Shown: piece by piece, positions 1 to 10,046 of the stretch
How the letters are laid out: each line of letters starts with the position of its first letter
Position numbering within the stretch: the first letter of the stretch is position 1
DNA from: Chiloscyllium plagiosum
Lineage: Eukaryota
Reading direction: 5' to 3'
Length of the DNA: 20,000 nucleotides
NCBI RefSeq assembly: GCF_004010195.1
Contig: NC_057718.1
Span: 68,188,736 to 68,208,735, forward strand
Program-made: the position numbers and the translations under genes
The notes under the pieces: generated by a model
The model's database searches: none
What the model saw: only the letters and a program-made list of their open reading frames with translations
What the model was told of the DNA's origin: nothing

Positions 1-198
1 TGGAAGTTTTTAATTTACAGTGACTTGCATCAGAAGTTTGACATTCAGAAGTGCTTCACCTTTCTGCTGTGCTTGAGTGCCTACGTCACAATCCTGTGCA
101 TATAACAAATGTTCATATTGATTATTCATTTAGTAGGAAAGTATTACCAAGTAATGGGAGATTGGGCTTTTAAGCAACATGTATATCATGTCAATAAA

Positions 199-545
199 AG
201 GACCAAACATTCCATTGGTAAGAGGGTTCACTAACAAGCAGGGATTGTTAAGATTCACTTGTACTTGCCAATCTTCATTATAATCAAAAATATTAGTGAG
301 TTTAACTTTATATTAAGCAAGATTCCATGATGCGGGTTCATTGGCTGAGCAATTCTTTTTAATGAGCAACTAGAATTCTGTATTTCTCCCAGTTGTCCCA
401 TCAAGGACACCCACGAGATCTTGACTGTCCTTGGTAATCTTTTTATTCCAATTGGAAACATTAGGAGATCGGCTTTAAAGCCACAGGAAGTTTCTAAACG
501 TAATCCACAAATAAATAAAACCTTACCAGCACACTCTCAATCCAG
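199..545 (-). mobile_element. Possible very ancient Tx1/L1-clade ORF2 remnant (region downstream of the RT core)
   Basis: One minus frame with several stops reads GLRVCW*GFIYLWITF...NWNKKITK...TTGR...EPASWNLA*YKVKLTNIF...LLVNPLTNGMFG. This is colinear with Tx1-type motifs GFKYLG, NW..K, GR, PP..L, L.LP..GG.G. Weak match made by eye. Confidence 0.3.
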
Positions 546-1399
546 AATATTATCTGCAGCTTCAAGAAATACTTGATCCGAAGTGGTTAAAGTGGCATTG
601 CCCATTGAACCTTTTAAAAAGTACTCAAAACAAATGGTGCTCAAGCATTTTTTTTTAAACTTGGTTTTTGGTCATGCTATGTACTTGATAAAGCAGGGGT
701 TTTGAAAGATCAAATAACGAGCCTGTAAATATAATACTGCTGACATACTTATGCAGCAATGGTTTTGTTGGTTAGTGTTGGCTGTCTGACCCTGTGCTGG
801 AGACAGTGGCAGTTCACATGTATCTAAAAGCCCCTTCAAGGAATCAAGTGAATGGCATTTTGATGGTACATATTAGTGGGGGGGCTGATTTGGTGCTGGC
901 ATGGCTGAGTCCCATGTTGCACTAGAGTAGGCAAGTGTTTTTTCTAAACAATATTAAAACTTAATGTTGCCTTTTAATATCAACATTTCATACTGTCTGT
1001 TTAATGTATGAATGCAGGACTGATGTAACATTTTATCAGTATAGAGCAGGATATGAATCCTGCTTGATCTGGTTCAGATTATAGAGCCTGTAAATAAAAG
1101 TACTTTTGTAGCACAAAAGATGTATCTTAAAATTGTTTATATTGAATTCTTAACATGCTTTCAAAATACTGCCCCAATACCATGAGTGTTTCTTTCTCTT
1201 CTAAAGCAGTGACTTATACTGGAGTGCTGCTTCACTCATCAAGCAGGTCCCCAGTACCTTCCCAGTCTTCATTTGTGAATTTAGTTTGGAACATATTTTC
1301 CATCAGGCATCTGTGCTGAGCCAAGTCTCTCACAATAGAACACAATTCTACTATGCACAATCCATCACTGTCATTTGCTGAAGTGCAACTGGAAATGAT

Positions 1400-2030
1400 C
1401 ACAGCTGGTGGAAAGTCAAAATTTGGAAGAGTCTAGAAGCATGGGAATTAGGGCATGGTAATGAGAATATTGGAGAGCGTATAGTTCAGCACAATGGGAT
1501 TTGGGATCAGGCAGGCGTTTCTGTTTGATTTGGGAGGGAGTTAGGAGACTAGGATTGGGTCGGAGGTAAGTAGGAGATTTGAATTTGGCTGGGAGGAGGA
1601 ATCGGAATATTGGGATTTGAGATGGGTAGTCAAGAGATTGCAAATAGGAGTGAGATTGAAATTCTGGGAGAAGGTCAGGAGATTTAAATTTTGGAGAGGA
1701 GGTTCAGGAGTTAGAAATGCAGGACACTTTTCATCTGAGAGGATGTAATTTGGATTCATGTGGGTGACCAAATTTGTTAGGATATTGGATTGGTAGAACA
1801 TTTGAGTAATTTGAATTGATGAGAATGTACAGATTCTGGAACTATTCAGACAACTGTGGTTTGAGACTTTGCTCCTCAGGAGAATGAAATAGGAACAGGA
1901 ATTGATAGGGTACAAGATATAATTTGAGGAGAAAGCTGATTGGGAATCACAGCCATTTAGATTTAGGCAGGGATGGACACAACTTCCAGTATTTTTCAGA
2001 GAGCCAGGAACAGCAACCTGGTGAGTGGGA
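1400..2030 (-). mobile_element. Highly degraded L2-like LINE RT fragment
   Basis: The minus strand is strongly C/T-rich. It translates as TYLRPNPSLLTPSQIKQK (~NYRPISLLPFLSKILEK), HCAELYAL (~HSTETAL) and MLLDSSKF*LSTSCDH (~LLDLSAAFDTVDH), in the expected order. Boundaries approximate. Confidence 0.4.
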
Positions 2031-2274
2031 AGTAAAAGAGTGAGTGAATGCTACTATGGGTGACACTGATGATTACATCCACTGATGGGCAAATGGGAAA
2101 TAAAGAGACTATTCTGAAACAAAGTTCAGAAATAAATGAAAGTAGAAAACTCTGCAAATAGCCAACACACTGATCTGGAGTTATACTCAGAATTTTGATT
2201 GATTTTCCAGCTGCACATGAACCATGGGTTTATGGTTAAGGTCTAACAAAGGAGAATAGCTGGCAAGTGAGATT

Positions 2275-2590
2275 GGGCAACACGATAGCTCAGTGGTTAG
2301 CACTGCTGCCTGACAGGGACGTCAGTTCAATTCCAGCCTGGGGTCTGTGTGGAACTCGGACATGCTTCCTGTGCCTGTGTGAGTTTCCTCCCGGTGCTCC
2401 AATTTCCTCCCACAGACCAAAGATGTGCAGATTAGGTGGATTGGACATTCTAAATTGCCCATAGTATCCAGGGATATGCAGGCTAATTAGGTTACAGGGA
2501 GAGGGTGGGTCTGGGTGAACTGCTCTTTAGTTGATCATTGTACACTCGATGGGCTGAATGGCCTGCTTCCACACTGTAACAATTCTATGA
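2275..2590 (+). mobile_element. HE1-type tRNA-derived SINE (V-SINE) with CR1-derived tail
   Basis: A box TAGCTCAGTGG at 2286-2296 and B box GTTCAATTCC at 2325-2334. V-SINE-like core GTTTCCTCCCGGTGCTCC...CCAAAGATGTGCAG. Tail GGGCTGAATGGCCTGCTTCCACACTGTAACAATTCTATGA. Homologous to 11681-11976 and 16831-17083. Confidence 0.92.
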
Positions 2591-2689
2591 AAAAAGAGAG
2601 ATTAATTTTAATCACAGTTATTTTGCCTCAGCAAAACCAGTGTTGCCAATTCACTTGAGAGAAGCAATTGCTGTTACTTTTATTGTTTG

Positions 2690-3700
2690 TGTTACAAAAG
2701 CAAATTTTTTTATGCTCTGACAGTAGACTTCACGGTAACTTCTGTACTCTCCCTCTTCATATGCAGTTGGAAACCCAAAATATTTTTCGCACCAATTAAG
2801 TAAATTACCAGAACATTCACATGAATTTTATAGGCATGAGGTTTTGATTTGTAAACAACAAGTAGGTGTGGGAAAGGATTATGATATTCAAAGACACAAT
2901 AAAGTAACTGGTGATAAGGTTAAATAATACAAAGTTACATTGAGATAAATTTTCTGGAAAAAATTGCTGTTTTAATTTGCCATCCTCCAATTTTATGCTA
3001 TACATTTTTCTAGCAAATGATTAATGTGGTGATGCCTCTGTTATTGCTTTCCTTGATTATTTTAAAATATGTAGACGCATTCTAACCGGACCACAAATTT
3101 CATTTTTTTTTTAAAATAAGTTTGATTAATTTATTTGATCTACCTCTTTCTTTTAGTGTTGGATGTACTTATTGCGTATCTCATCATTGAATATCATGTG
3201 TACCAGTTCCATCTCCCGGGTAAATACTGAACAAAAATAACTATTTAGTACTTCAGCCTGTATCTCTAATACAGATGACATTATTCCATCTATCCCTTAA
3301 CATCCTATTTCTGTCAGAACCTGCCTGTTTTATTGTTCTGTGAAATATTTTCTGTGTAGTTTTAAATTCCTGGACAACTTCATTTCATAGATTCTCTTTG
3401 CCTTCTTAATTGACTTCATGGGGTCTGTTAGCTCAGTTGACTGGATGGCTGGTTCGCAATAAAGAGTAATAACAACAGTGTGCGTTCAGATTCACATCAG
3501 CTGAGGTTACTGTGAAGGATTCTCCACCTCAACCCTCCCCTTGCTTGAGGTTTGATGACTCTTAGGTTAAATCACCATCGGTCATCTCTCTATAATGAGA
3601 GAGTAGCTCTATGGTCTGGTAGTTCTATGGTGACTTTACCTAATTTATTTATTGACTATTCTCCTAACCTCTTTGTATTCTCATATGTCATGCCCTCCAC
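2690..3700 (-). mobile_element. Ancient CR1 LINE ORF2 fragment, interrupted by the SINE at 3420-3641
   Basis: Minus-strand motifs in the correct order: EYKEVRRIV [SINE] KSIKKAKRIYE, AEVLNSYFCSVFT, GPVRMRLHILK (~GPDG.HP..LK), NWRMAN, PVTL. Left boundary approximate. Confidence 0.6.
3420..3641 (+). mobile_element. tRNA-derived SINE of a second family (not HE1)
   Basis: A-box-like TAGCTCAGTTG at 3429-3439 and B-box-like GTTCAGATTC at 3484-3493. Internal hairpin CTCTCT-ATAATG-AGAGAG. 3' end TATGGTGACTTTACCT followed by an AT-rich tail. It cleanly interrupts the flanking CR1 homology. Confidence 0.78.
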
Positions 3701-3749
3701 TATTGTTTGTGAGACATGACTGTGTGTAAAGTGGCTGCTACTTTTTGTT

Positions 3750-5470
3750 TTTAACTTGGGGGAAGACAAATTTTACAGCACTGAGAAGTGAGTTGACTGA
3801 AGTGAACTGGACAGGATGCTCAAGGCTAAGTAAGTGGTAAACCAGTGAGAGGCGCTAAAATGTGAGCTCCATGGGGAACAAAGAAGACATGTGCCCTCCA
3901 AAAATAAGAATGGTTCTGCAAAATCTACACTCCTGTGGTTGTTTAGAAAAATGCAGAGAAAGATTAAACAGAAAAGGAAAGCTTATGATAGACAAAAAAC
4001 TCAACACTGCAGCTAGCTGAGAAGAGTATAAAAAGCACAGGGATCAAGTTGAAAAGACATTAGCAAGCAATATCTAGGAAAACACAAAGATGCTTTGCCA
4101 GTATATAAAAAGCAAAAGGATAATACGGAAAAAGGGGATGTATCAGAGGTGGAGAGAGGAACTTGCAGAGGATATGGGAAGAATTTTCAATAAATTTTTT
4201 GCCTCTGTATTCAGAAAGGGAAAGAGTGATATAATAATCCAAGAGGAGCAGTGTGAAATATTGGACAAAATAATTATAGTGAGAGTCATACAGCACAAAA
4301 AGCTTTGGTCCAAATCGTCCATGCTGACTAGGTTCCCCAAACTAAACTAGTCCCATTTGCCTGCATTTGGTCTATATCCCTCTAAACCTTTCTATTCACA
4401 TACCTGTTCAAATGTTGTAACTGTACCTGCCTCTACCACTTCCTCTGGCAGTTCAGTCCACATATGGACCACCCTCTGTTTGAAAAATTTGTCCCTCAGG
4501 TCCCTTTTAAGTTTATCCCCCTACCTTAAATCCATGCCCACTAGTTTTGAACTCCCCTATCCTAGGGTAACGACCTTTGCTATTCACATTATCTATGCCC
4601 CTCATAACTTTATAAACTTCCATAAGGTCACATCTTAACCTCCTACACTGCAAGGGGAACAAAGTACCAGCCTGAAGTGTTAGAGGAGTTGGAAGTTTTG
4701 AAAGTGGATAAGTCACTCAGGCCAGATGGATTGTTTCCTATTAATGTTGAAAAAGGTCATGAAAGAAATGGCTGATGTTCTTTGGATTATTTTCCAAAAT
4801 TCACTGGACACGAGTGAGGTACCAGAGGACTGAAGGAATGTAAATCTGGCTCCATTGTTTAAAAAAGGTACAAAGGAATACTAAATAATTAGAGGTCAAT
4901 TAGTCTTTACTTCAGTAGTGACAAGTTGTTAGAATCAACCCTGAGAGATTGAATAAATTGTCACTTGGAAAGGCATGGACTGATCAGGATAATATAGCTC
5001 ATCTAAGGGAAGGCCATGCCTTACAAATTTGATTGAATTCTTGAGTGTTAAAACTGATTGGTCCTCCTTGTCACTCAATGAAGGTAGTGCAGTGGATGTC
5101 ATCCGCATGGATTTTACTAAGGTTCCACATGGCAGACTGATCAAAAAAGTAAAAAAAACTCACGATATACAGAGTAATGTGTAAAATTGGACCACACGCT
5201 GGGACGACACAACAATTAAGATTGGTGGAGTGGGCAGGAATTTCTTCTCGGAGTCTGTGGAGCTCTTTATCACAGCGGAGTCATTAAATGTAGTCAAAGC
5301 TGAAATAGATTTTTAGTAAGTAAGAAAATTGATGGTTATGAGGATAAGGCAGAAGAGTAGAGTTAAGAATTATTAGATCAGCTATAATGTCTTTGAATAG
5401 TGGATCAGAATGATTGGCTGAATGGCCTACTTCTGCACCAGTATCGTATGGCTGCACCAGTATTGTGTGA
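3750..5470 (+). mobile_element. 5'-truncated, internally deleted CR1 LINE with 3' tail
   Basis: Motifs WGKTNFTALRSELTEVNWDRML, KFFASVF, KVDKSLRPDGLFP, PLFKKG, CLTNLIEF, EGSAVDVIRMDF, a DDT/KIGGV remnant and RNFFS. Ends in the CR1 tail TGGCTGAATGGCCTACTTCTGCACC. Many stops and frameshifts. Confidence 0.9.
4283..4673 (-). mobile_element. CR1 (HER1-like) 3' fragment nested antisense in the CR1 at 3750-5470
   Basis: Minus frame RRLRCDLMEVYKVMRGID...SGHGFKVGG followed by a CR1 3' UTR. The host frame EILDKIIIVR|EVLEELEVLKVDKS rejoins across it. Confidence 0.9.
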
Positions 5471-6182
5471 AGCTCAATGTGTCTCACAACTCTAGCTTTT
5501 TCCAGAGTTCAAGCACTCTTCATCCCACAAGATCTGATTCTCAATTAGCCTCTAACAACAACTTTATTCCACTTGAGATCCACAGATATAGTTGCAAACA
5601 ACAAGGCAAATTTCAAGGGACTTACTTCACTAGGGTCATGAACGTCCTGATGCTGTGGTTTTCCCCAGGTCCCTTTAATCTTTCCACTTTATACTTCATG
5701 GTTGATTCTGGTGAAAACTACCCAGATCTTCAGCTTACCTGGACAGTTCATACAGTAATTTAAGCTTTGGATCACAACGTCACCTGCTCCAAGGTCTGGT
5801 CTCTTTCTGATGAAAAGAATTAACTTTTGAGGACTCTGCTTGTCCTGATCATATGTTAAAATTGAATCTCTCAGTCTGTTTATTATTTTCAATTAGCTTA
5901 CAAATCCTTAGCTACTAAAGAGAAAGATTTATTTCCTAGAAGTTCAATGTTGCAGCCGGGGAATCCATTTAAGGAACCCTCCCAGCAAGTTAGTCTTTGA
6001 GTCTGTATTTCAGCTCAGGACAATCAGAGTAAAAACCAAAGTTGAAAATAATTTAATCGTGCGTGGATATATTCAGGTTATAGGAGTATGCAGACAAAAG
6101 TGGTGTTGAGAACATTTTCAGGTTGGACATTACCTTACTGAATGGTGGGGATAACCACCTGCAGCTGCTCCAATTTCTTAAA

Positions 6183-6307
6183 GAATTCTGAAGAATGGTC
6201 ACTGGACCTGAAACATTAACTCTGCTTTCTCTCCAGAGATGATGTCTATTGAGTTTCTCCAGCAATATCTTTTTTTCCTCTTTACAGCATCCTGGTCTTT
6301 GTTTTAT
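6183..6307 (+). mobile_element. Penelope-like element terminal-repeat fragment
   Basis: Starts with a hammerhead motif and continues CTTTCTCTCCAGAGATG...GAGTTTCTCCAGCAA...CAGCATCC. This parallels the 3' part of the insertion at 14424-14585 (GGATGCTGCC...TTTTCCATCAA...CAGCATCTGCAG). Confidence 0.72.
6184..6222 (+). ncRNA. Minimal type I hammerhead ribozyme motif (partly decayed)
   Basis: CTGAAGA core at 6188-6194, stem II GGTC-ACTG-GACC, GAAAC at 6210-6214, then ATT. Stem I (AATT/AACT) is weak. The stem III palindrome reads AACATT instead of AACGTT, consistent with CpG decay. Confidence 0.6.
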
Positions 6308-6477
6308 CTTTCTTTCTTACGTTTGGCACTGCAGCAGACTTTGCCCTTAAGGTTAATGGTAACCATAGTGATGGTTGCTATGCAGTGTCAAAATCAGTCC
6401 CATCCCACACTACACTTCTTTTGACCTGCTGTCATCACCTTTACTGGCTCCAGTTGGGCAGGGACACATCTCTACAC

Positions 6478-6496
6478 CAGTTCTGAGGAAGGGTCA
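6478..6496 (+). other. 5' half of a second hammerhead/Penelope repeat, cut off where the CR1 begins
   Basis: CAGTTCTGAGGAAGGGTCA matches 6184-6201 (AATTCTGAAGAATGGTCA) and contains CTGANGA. CR1 ORF2 follows immediately. Confidence 0.4.
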
Positions 6497-9135
6497 TATA
6501 AAGTGTGTCTGTTTCAATGCAAAGAGTGTAAGGAATAAGAGTTAGCGCATGGATCAGTGCTTTGAACTACGATGTGGTGGCCATAACAAAGACTTGGATT
6601 TCACAGGGGCAGGAATGGTTGCTGGATGCTCAAGGGTTTAGATCTTTTAAAAAGAACGCGGAGGGGGAATGGTGGTCAAAGAGGAGGGGAGTAGCATTGC
6701 TAATTAGAGAGTACATCACAGCATCAGAAAAGGAGGTTGTTGAAGAGGGTTTGCCTACTGAGTCAGAATGGGTTTATTGGGTGTTTCTATATATACCCCC
6801 CCCCCCCGGAAGAACATTGGTGCAGATGTAATAGAGTTGTTGTTATGGGTGAATTCAACTTCCCCAATATTGATTGAAACGTCCTTAGTGCAGATAGTCC
6901 AGATGGAACCGATTCTGTTAGGTATGTCCAGGAAGGATTCCTACTCCTTATGTAGATAGGCCAACTAAGAGGGAGCCATATTGGTTTTGGTGCTAGGCAA
7001 CTAGCCAGACCAGGTGTCGGATCTCTTGATGGGAGAGCATTGCCGTGACAGTGACCACAACTGCCTCACCTGTACCATAGCTATGGAGAGGGATAAGAAC
7101 AGACAGTATAGGAAGGTATTTAATTGGGGGAGGGGAAATTATACTGCTATTAGACAGGAGCTGTGGCGTATAAATTGGGAACAATTGTTCTATGGGCAAT
7201 GCACAACAGGAATGTGGAGGCTGTTTAAGGAGCACTTGTTGCGAGTGTTGAATAACTTTGTCCCACTGAGACAGGCAAGAAATGGTAAGGTGAAGGAGCC
7301 TTGGATGACCAGAGAAGAGGAGCTTTTCGTCAAGAGGAAGAAGGCATCTTAGTTAAGGTTGAGGAAGCAAGAATCTGGCACAGCTTTAGAGGATTACACG
7401 GTAGCTAGGAAAGAAAATGGACTGAGGAGAGCTAGGAGGGGGCATGAAAAAGCCTTGGCAGGAAGGATTAGGGAAAACCCAAATGTGTACACTTAAGTGA
7501 GGAATAAGAGAATGACCAGAGAGGATAGGGCTGATCAGGGGTAATGGAGGGAGCTTACGCCTGGAGTCTGAAGAGCTATGGGAAGCCCTATGAGTTTTTT
7601 GCTTCAGTATTCACTAGAGAGAGGGACCTTGCTGATAGAATACCATGGACCAAGTTAATAGGCTTGAACAGATTGCTAATAAGAAAGTGGATGTGGTGGA
7701 AATTCTGGGAAGCATCAAGATAAATAAGACCCCAGATAATATCCAAGGTCACTACTGGAAATGACGAATGAGATTGCTGCGCCTCTGGCAAAGATCCTTC
7801 CATCCTCACTCTCACGGGAGTAGTACCAGATAATTGGAGGGAGGCGAATATTGTTACTCTGTTCAAGAAAGGGAATAGGGAAACCCCTGGGAATTACAGA
7901 CTAGTCAGTCTTACATCTGCGGTAAGCAAGGTACTGAAAAGGATTCTGAGAGATAGGATTTATGACTACAAGAGGAACTTTGATTGTTCAGCTAATTAAA
8001 TTCCAGATAATCGAATGCTGGATAACATAGTTTAGCTGAGCCTCTGGACATTACGATCTTGCTGGATAATCCGATATTCAGATAATTGAATGCCGGATAA
8101 TTGAGGTTTCTCTGTATTTGGAAAAACATTGTTTGATTAAAGATAACGTGGTTTTGCGAGGGCAGGTCATACCTAACAAGCCTTATTGAGTTGTTTGAGG
8201 ATGTGACAAGTCAAGTTGACAAAGATTGAGCAGTGGATGTGTTGTATGTGGATTTCAGTAAGGCATTTGATAAGGTTCCCACGGTAGGCTCATTCAGAAA
8301 GTTAGGAGGTATGGGATACAGGGAAATGTGGCTGTCTGGATACAGAATTGGCTGGCCAAAAGAAGACAGTGAGTGGTAGTGGATGGAAAGTATTCCGCTT
8401 GGAGGTCGGTGACCATGGTGTCATGGTAATGAGATCTGTTCTTGGGCTTCTGCACTTTGTAGTTTTTGTAAATGACTTGGATGAAGAAGTGGAAGGGTTG
8501 ATTAGCAAGTTTGCAGATGACGCAATGGTATTGTAGATAGTGTCAAGGCTGTTGCAGGCTACAACAAGACGTTGACAGGATGCAGAGCTGGGCTGAGAAG
8601 TGGTAGATGGAGTTCAACCTGGATAAATGCAATTGATTCACTTTGGAAGGTCAAATTTGAATGCTGAATACAGGGTTAAAGACAAGATTCTTGGCAGTGT
8701 GGAGGAACAGTGGGATCTTGCAGTCCATGTACATAGATCCCTCAAAATTGCCACCCAAGTTGATAGGGTTGTTAAGAAGGTGTATGGTGTTTTGGCTTTC
8801 GTGAACAGGGAAATTGAGTTTAAGAGCTGCAAGGTTTTGCTGCAGCTCTATAAAACCCTGGTTCAACCATATTTGGAATATTGTGTCCAGATCTGGTCGT
8901 CTCATTTATAGGAAGGGTGTAGATGCTTTAGAAAGCATGCAGAGAAGATTTACCAGGATGCTGCCCGGATTGGATGGCTTTTCTTATGAAGAGAAGTTGA
9001 GAGAGCTAGGGATTTTCACACTGGAGAAAAGAAGGAAGAGAGATGACTTGATGGAGGTATACAAGGTAATGAGAGGCAGAGACTTTTCCCCAGGGCAGAA
9101 ATGGCTGTCACGAGGGGTCATAATTTTAAGGTAGT
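6497..9135 (+). mobile_element. CR1 LINE: nearly the whole ORF2 (APE endonuclease + RT), pseudogenised, 3' end missing
   Basis: KCVCFNAKSVRNK, DVVAITKTW, RGVALLIR, VMGEFNFPNID, DSDHNCL, PWMT, WREANIVTLFKKGNRETPGNYRLVSLT, DFSKAFDKVP, FADD (8510-8521), LYKTLVQPYLEYCVQIWS, QRRFTRMLPG. Ends at RGHNFKV with no tail. Confidence 0.95.
7969..8114. mobile_element. 146-bp MITE, Tc1/mariner superfamily (Tigger/pogo-like)
   Basis: TA target duplication at 7967-7968 and 8115-8116. Imperfect TIRs CAAGAGGAACTTTGATT / AATTGAGGTTTCTCTG. Internal GATAAT repeats. Removing it restores the CR1 frame DRIYDYLEKH. Confidence 0.87.
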
Positions 9136-9821
9136 GGAATCTGGAGTTGAGTTCAGTCCAAATCCTTGTGCTGAAAGACATTAACAGTGAGAGCATGCAA
9201 AATACTTTAGGATAGTATCAATCAACTTCTCATCATAGGTATATTGCACAAAGCTGCTTTGAGGTTGATGCAAAGGATTAAAATGTAATTCTTTGACCTA
9301 CTCAGAGTTACTCGCAACTTGTCATAAGCCAGTACTTTTTTGAGGCTTTTTAACTGAGCTGTGGGACTTGCATCTAACCTCCGTTTTCTGACCAATTAGT
9401 GTCTGTACAAGATAAGGTTTAGCTGCAGTCTCTTTTAGCTGCATTGGTTAAACAGATCTGTTTATGGTTAGAGGTCAACAGCAAGTGTGGTTCCTCATTC
9501 TTTGATTCAGTGCTGCAAGAGCTGATTGGGACAGAAGTGTGGAAAAATTCTTCATTGAAGTGCTTGTGTGCTCACACTTGTCAGAGCAGTGCACCTATGA
9601 GTGACCCTCTGATGAAGATGCTCCTTTTAACCGCTTGCAATCAGTCACTCCTTGTTATTGTATCATCACACCCATCCCTCTCAGTCACCCTTCACAAGTG
9701 TTACCCTTCTCTACTCAGAATATTCCACTCCTCATTTGTCTGCTCTTGCTGTCATGTCTGAAAGGATGGAGAGAACTCCAGGTAGAGACAAAGAACCAGA
9801 CATAACCACTCTGACAGCCAT

Positions 9822-10046
9822 GACGTGGATGTGCCAGTGTTGGACTGGGGTGGACAAGGTCAGAAGTCACACAACACCAGGTTATAGTCCAACAGGTTTA
9901 CTGTGAAATCACAAGTTTTCTGAGCACTGCTGCTTCGTCAGATGAAGAACTTCACCTGACAAAGGAGCAACACTCAAAAAGCTTGTGATTTCACAATAAA
10001 CCTGTTGGATTATAACCTGGTTGTTGTGTGACTTCTGGTCTTGTCC
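9822..10046. mobile_element. Head-to-head palindromic pair of Penelope-like terminal repeats
   Basis: Inverted arms 9852-9947 and 9950-10046 (~96 bp each) with a 2-nt AA loop. Each arm has a hammerhead motif next to the centre. The plus arm also has AATAAA. The extension of the left arm to ~9822 is inferred from recalled family sequence. Confidence 0.85.
9909..9945 (-). ncRNA. Minimal type I hammerhead ribozyme motif in the left arm
   Basis: Minus strand reads TCAT-CTGACGA-AGCAGC-AGT-GCTCA-GAAA-ACTT-GTGA. Both core boxes are intact, stem I is UCAU/GUGA and stem II is weakened. The mirror copy at 9952-9988 (+) has mutated cores CTGACAA and AAAA. Confidence 0.55.

Noticed and set aside
527..610. 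Exon-like minus-strand segment with AG acceptor and GTAAGG donor
   Set aside because: Stops in all three frames, weak polypyrimidine tract, no recognisable protein.
2275..2340. tRNA-like A/B boxes (also 3420-3495, 11681-11735, 17020-17083)
   Set aside because: These are SINE heads followed by SINE bodies and tails; there is no full cloverleaf, so they are not tRNA genes.
2690..5470. Divergent CR1 pieces as one twin-primed inverted insertion
   Set aside because: Both pieces cover the same ORF2 region (F.SVF and following motifs) and differ in decay, so they are independent copies.
5422..5763. 113-aa plus-strand ORF
   Set aside because: Starts inside a CR1 tail and has no recognisable domain; probably chance.
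5600..6060. Two GTAAG donor-like sites on the minus strand and faint Tx1-RT-like words (SLVAKDL, LKIWVVF)
   Set aside because: The implied intron would be only ~31 nt, the peptides are unrecognisable, and the RT resemblance is too weak to call without a search.
7980..8105. Short spaced repeats resembling a CRISPR-like array
   Set aside because: Eukaryotic context and irregular spacing; explained as MITE subterminal repeats.
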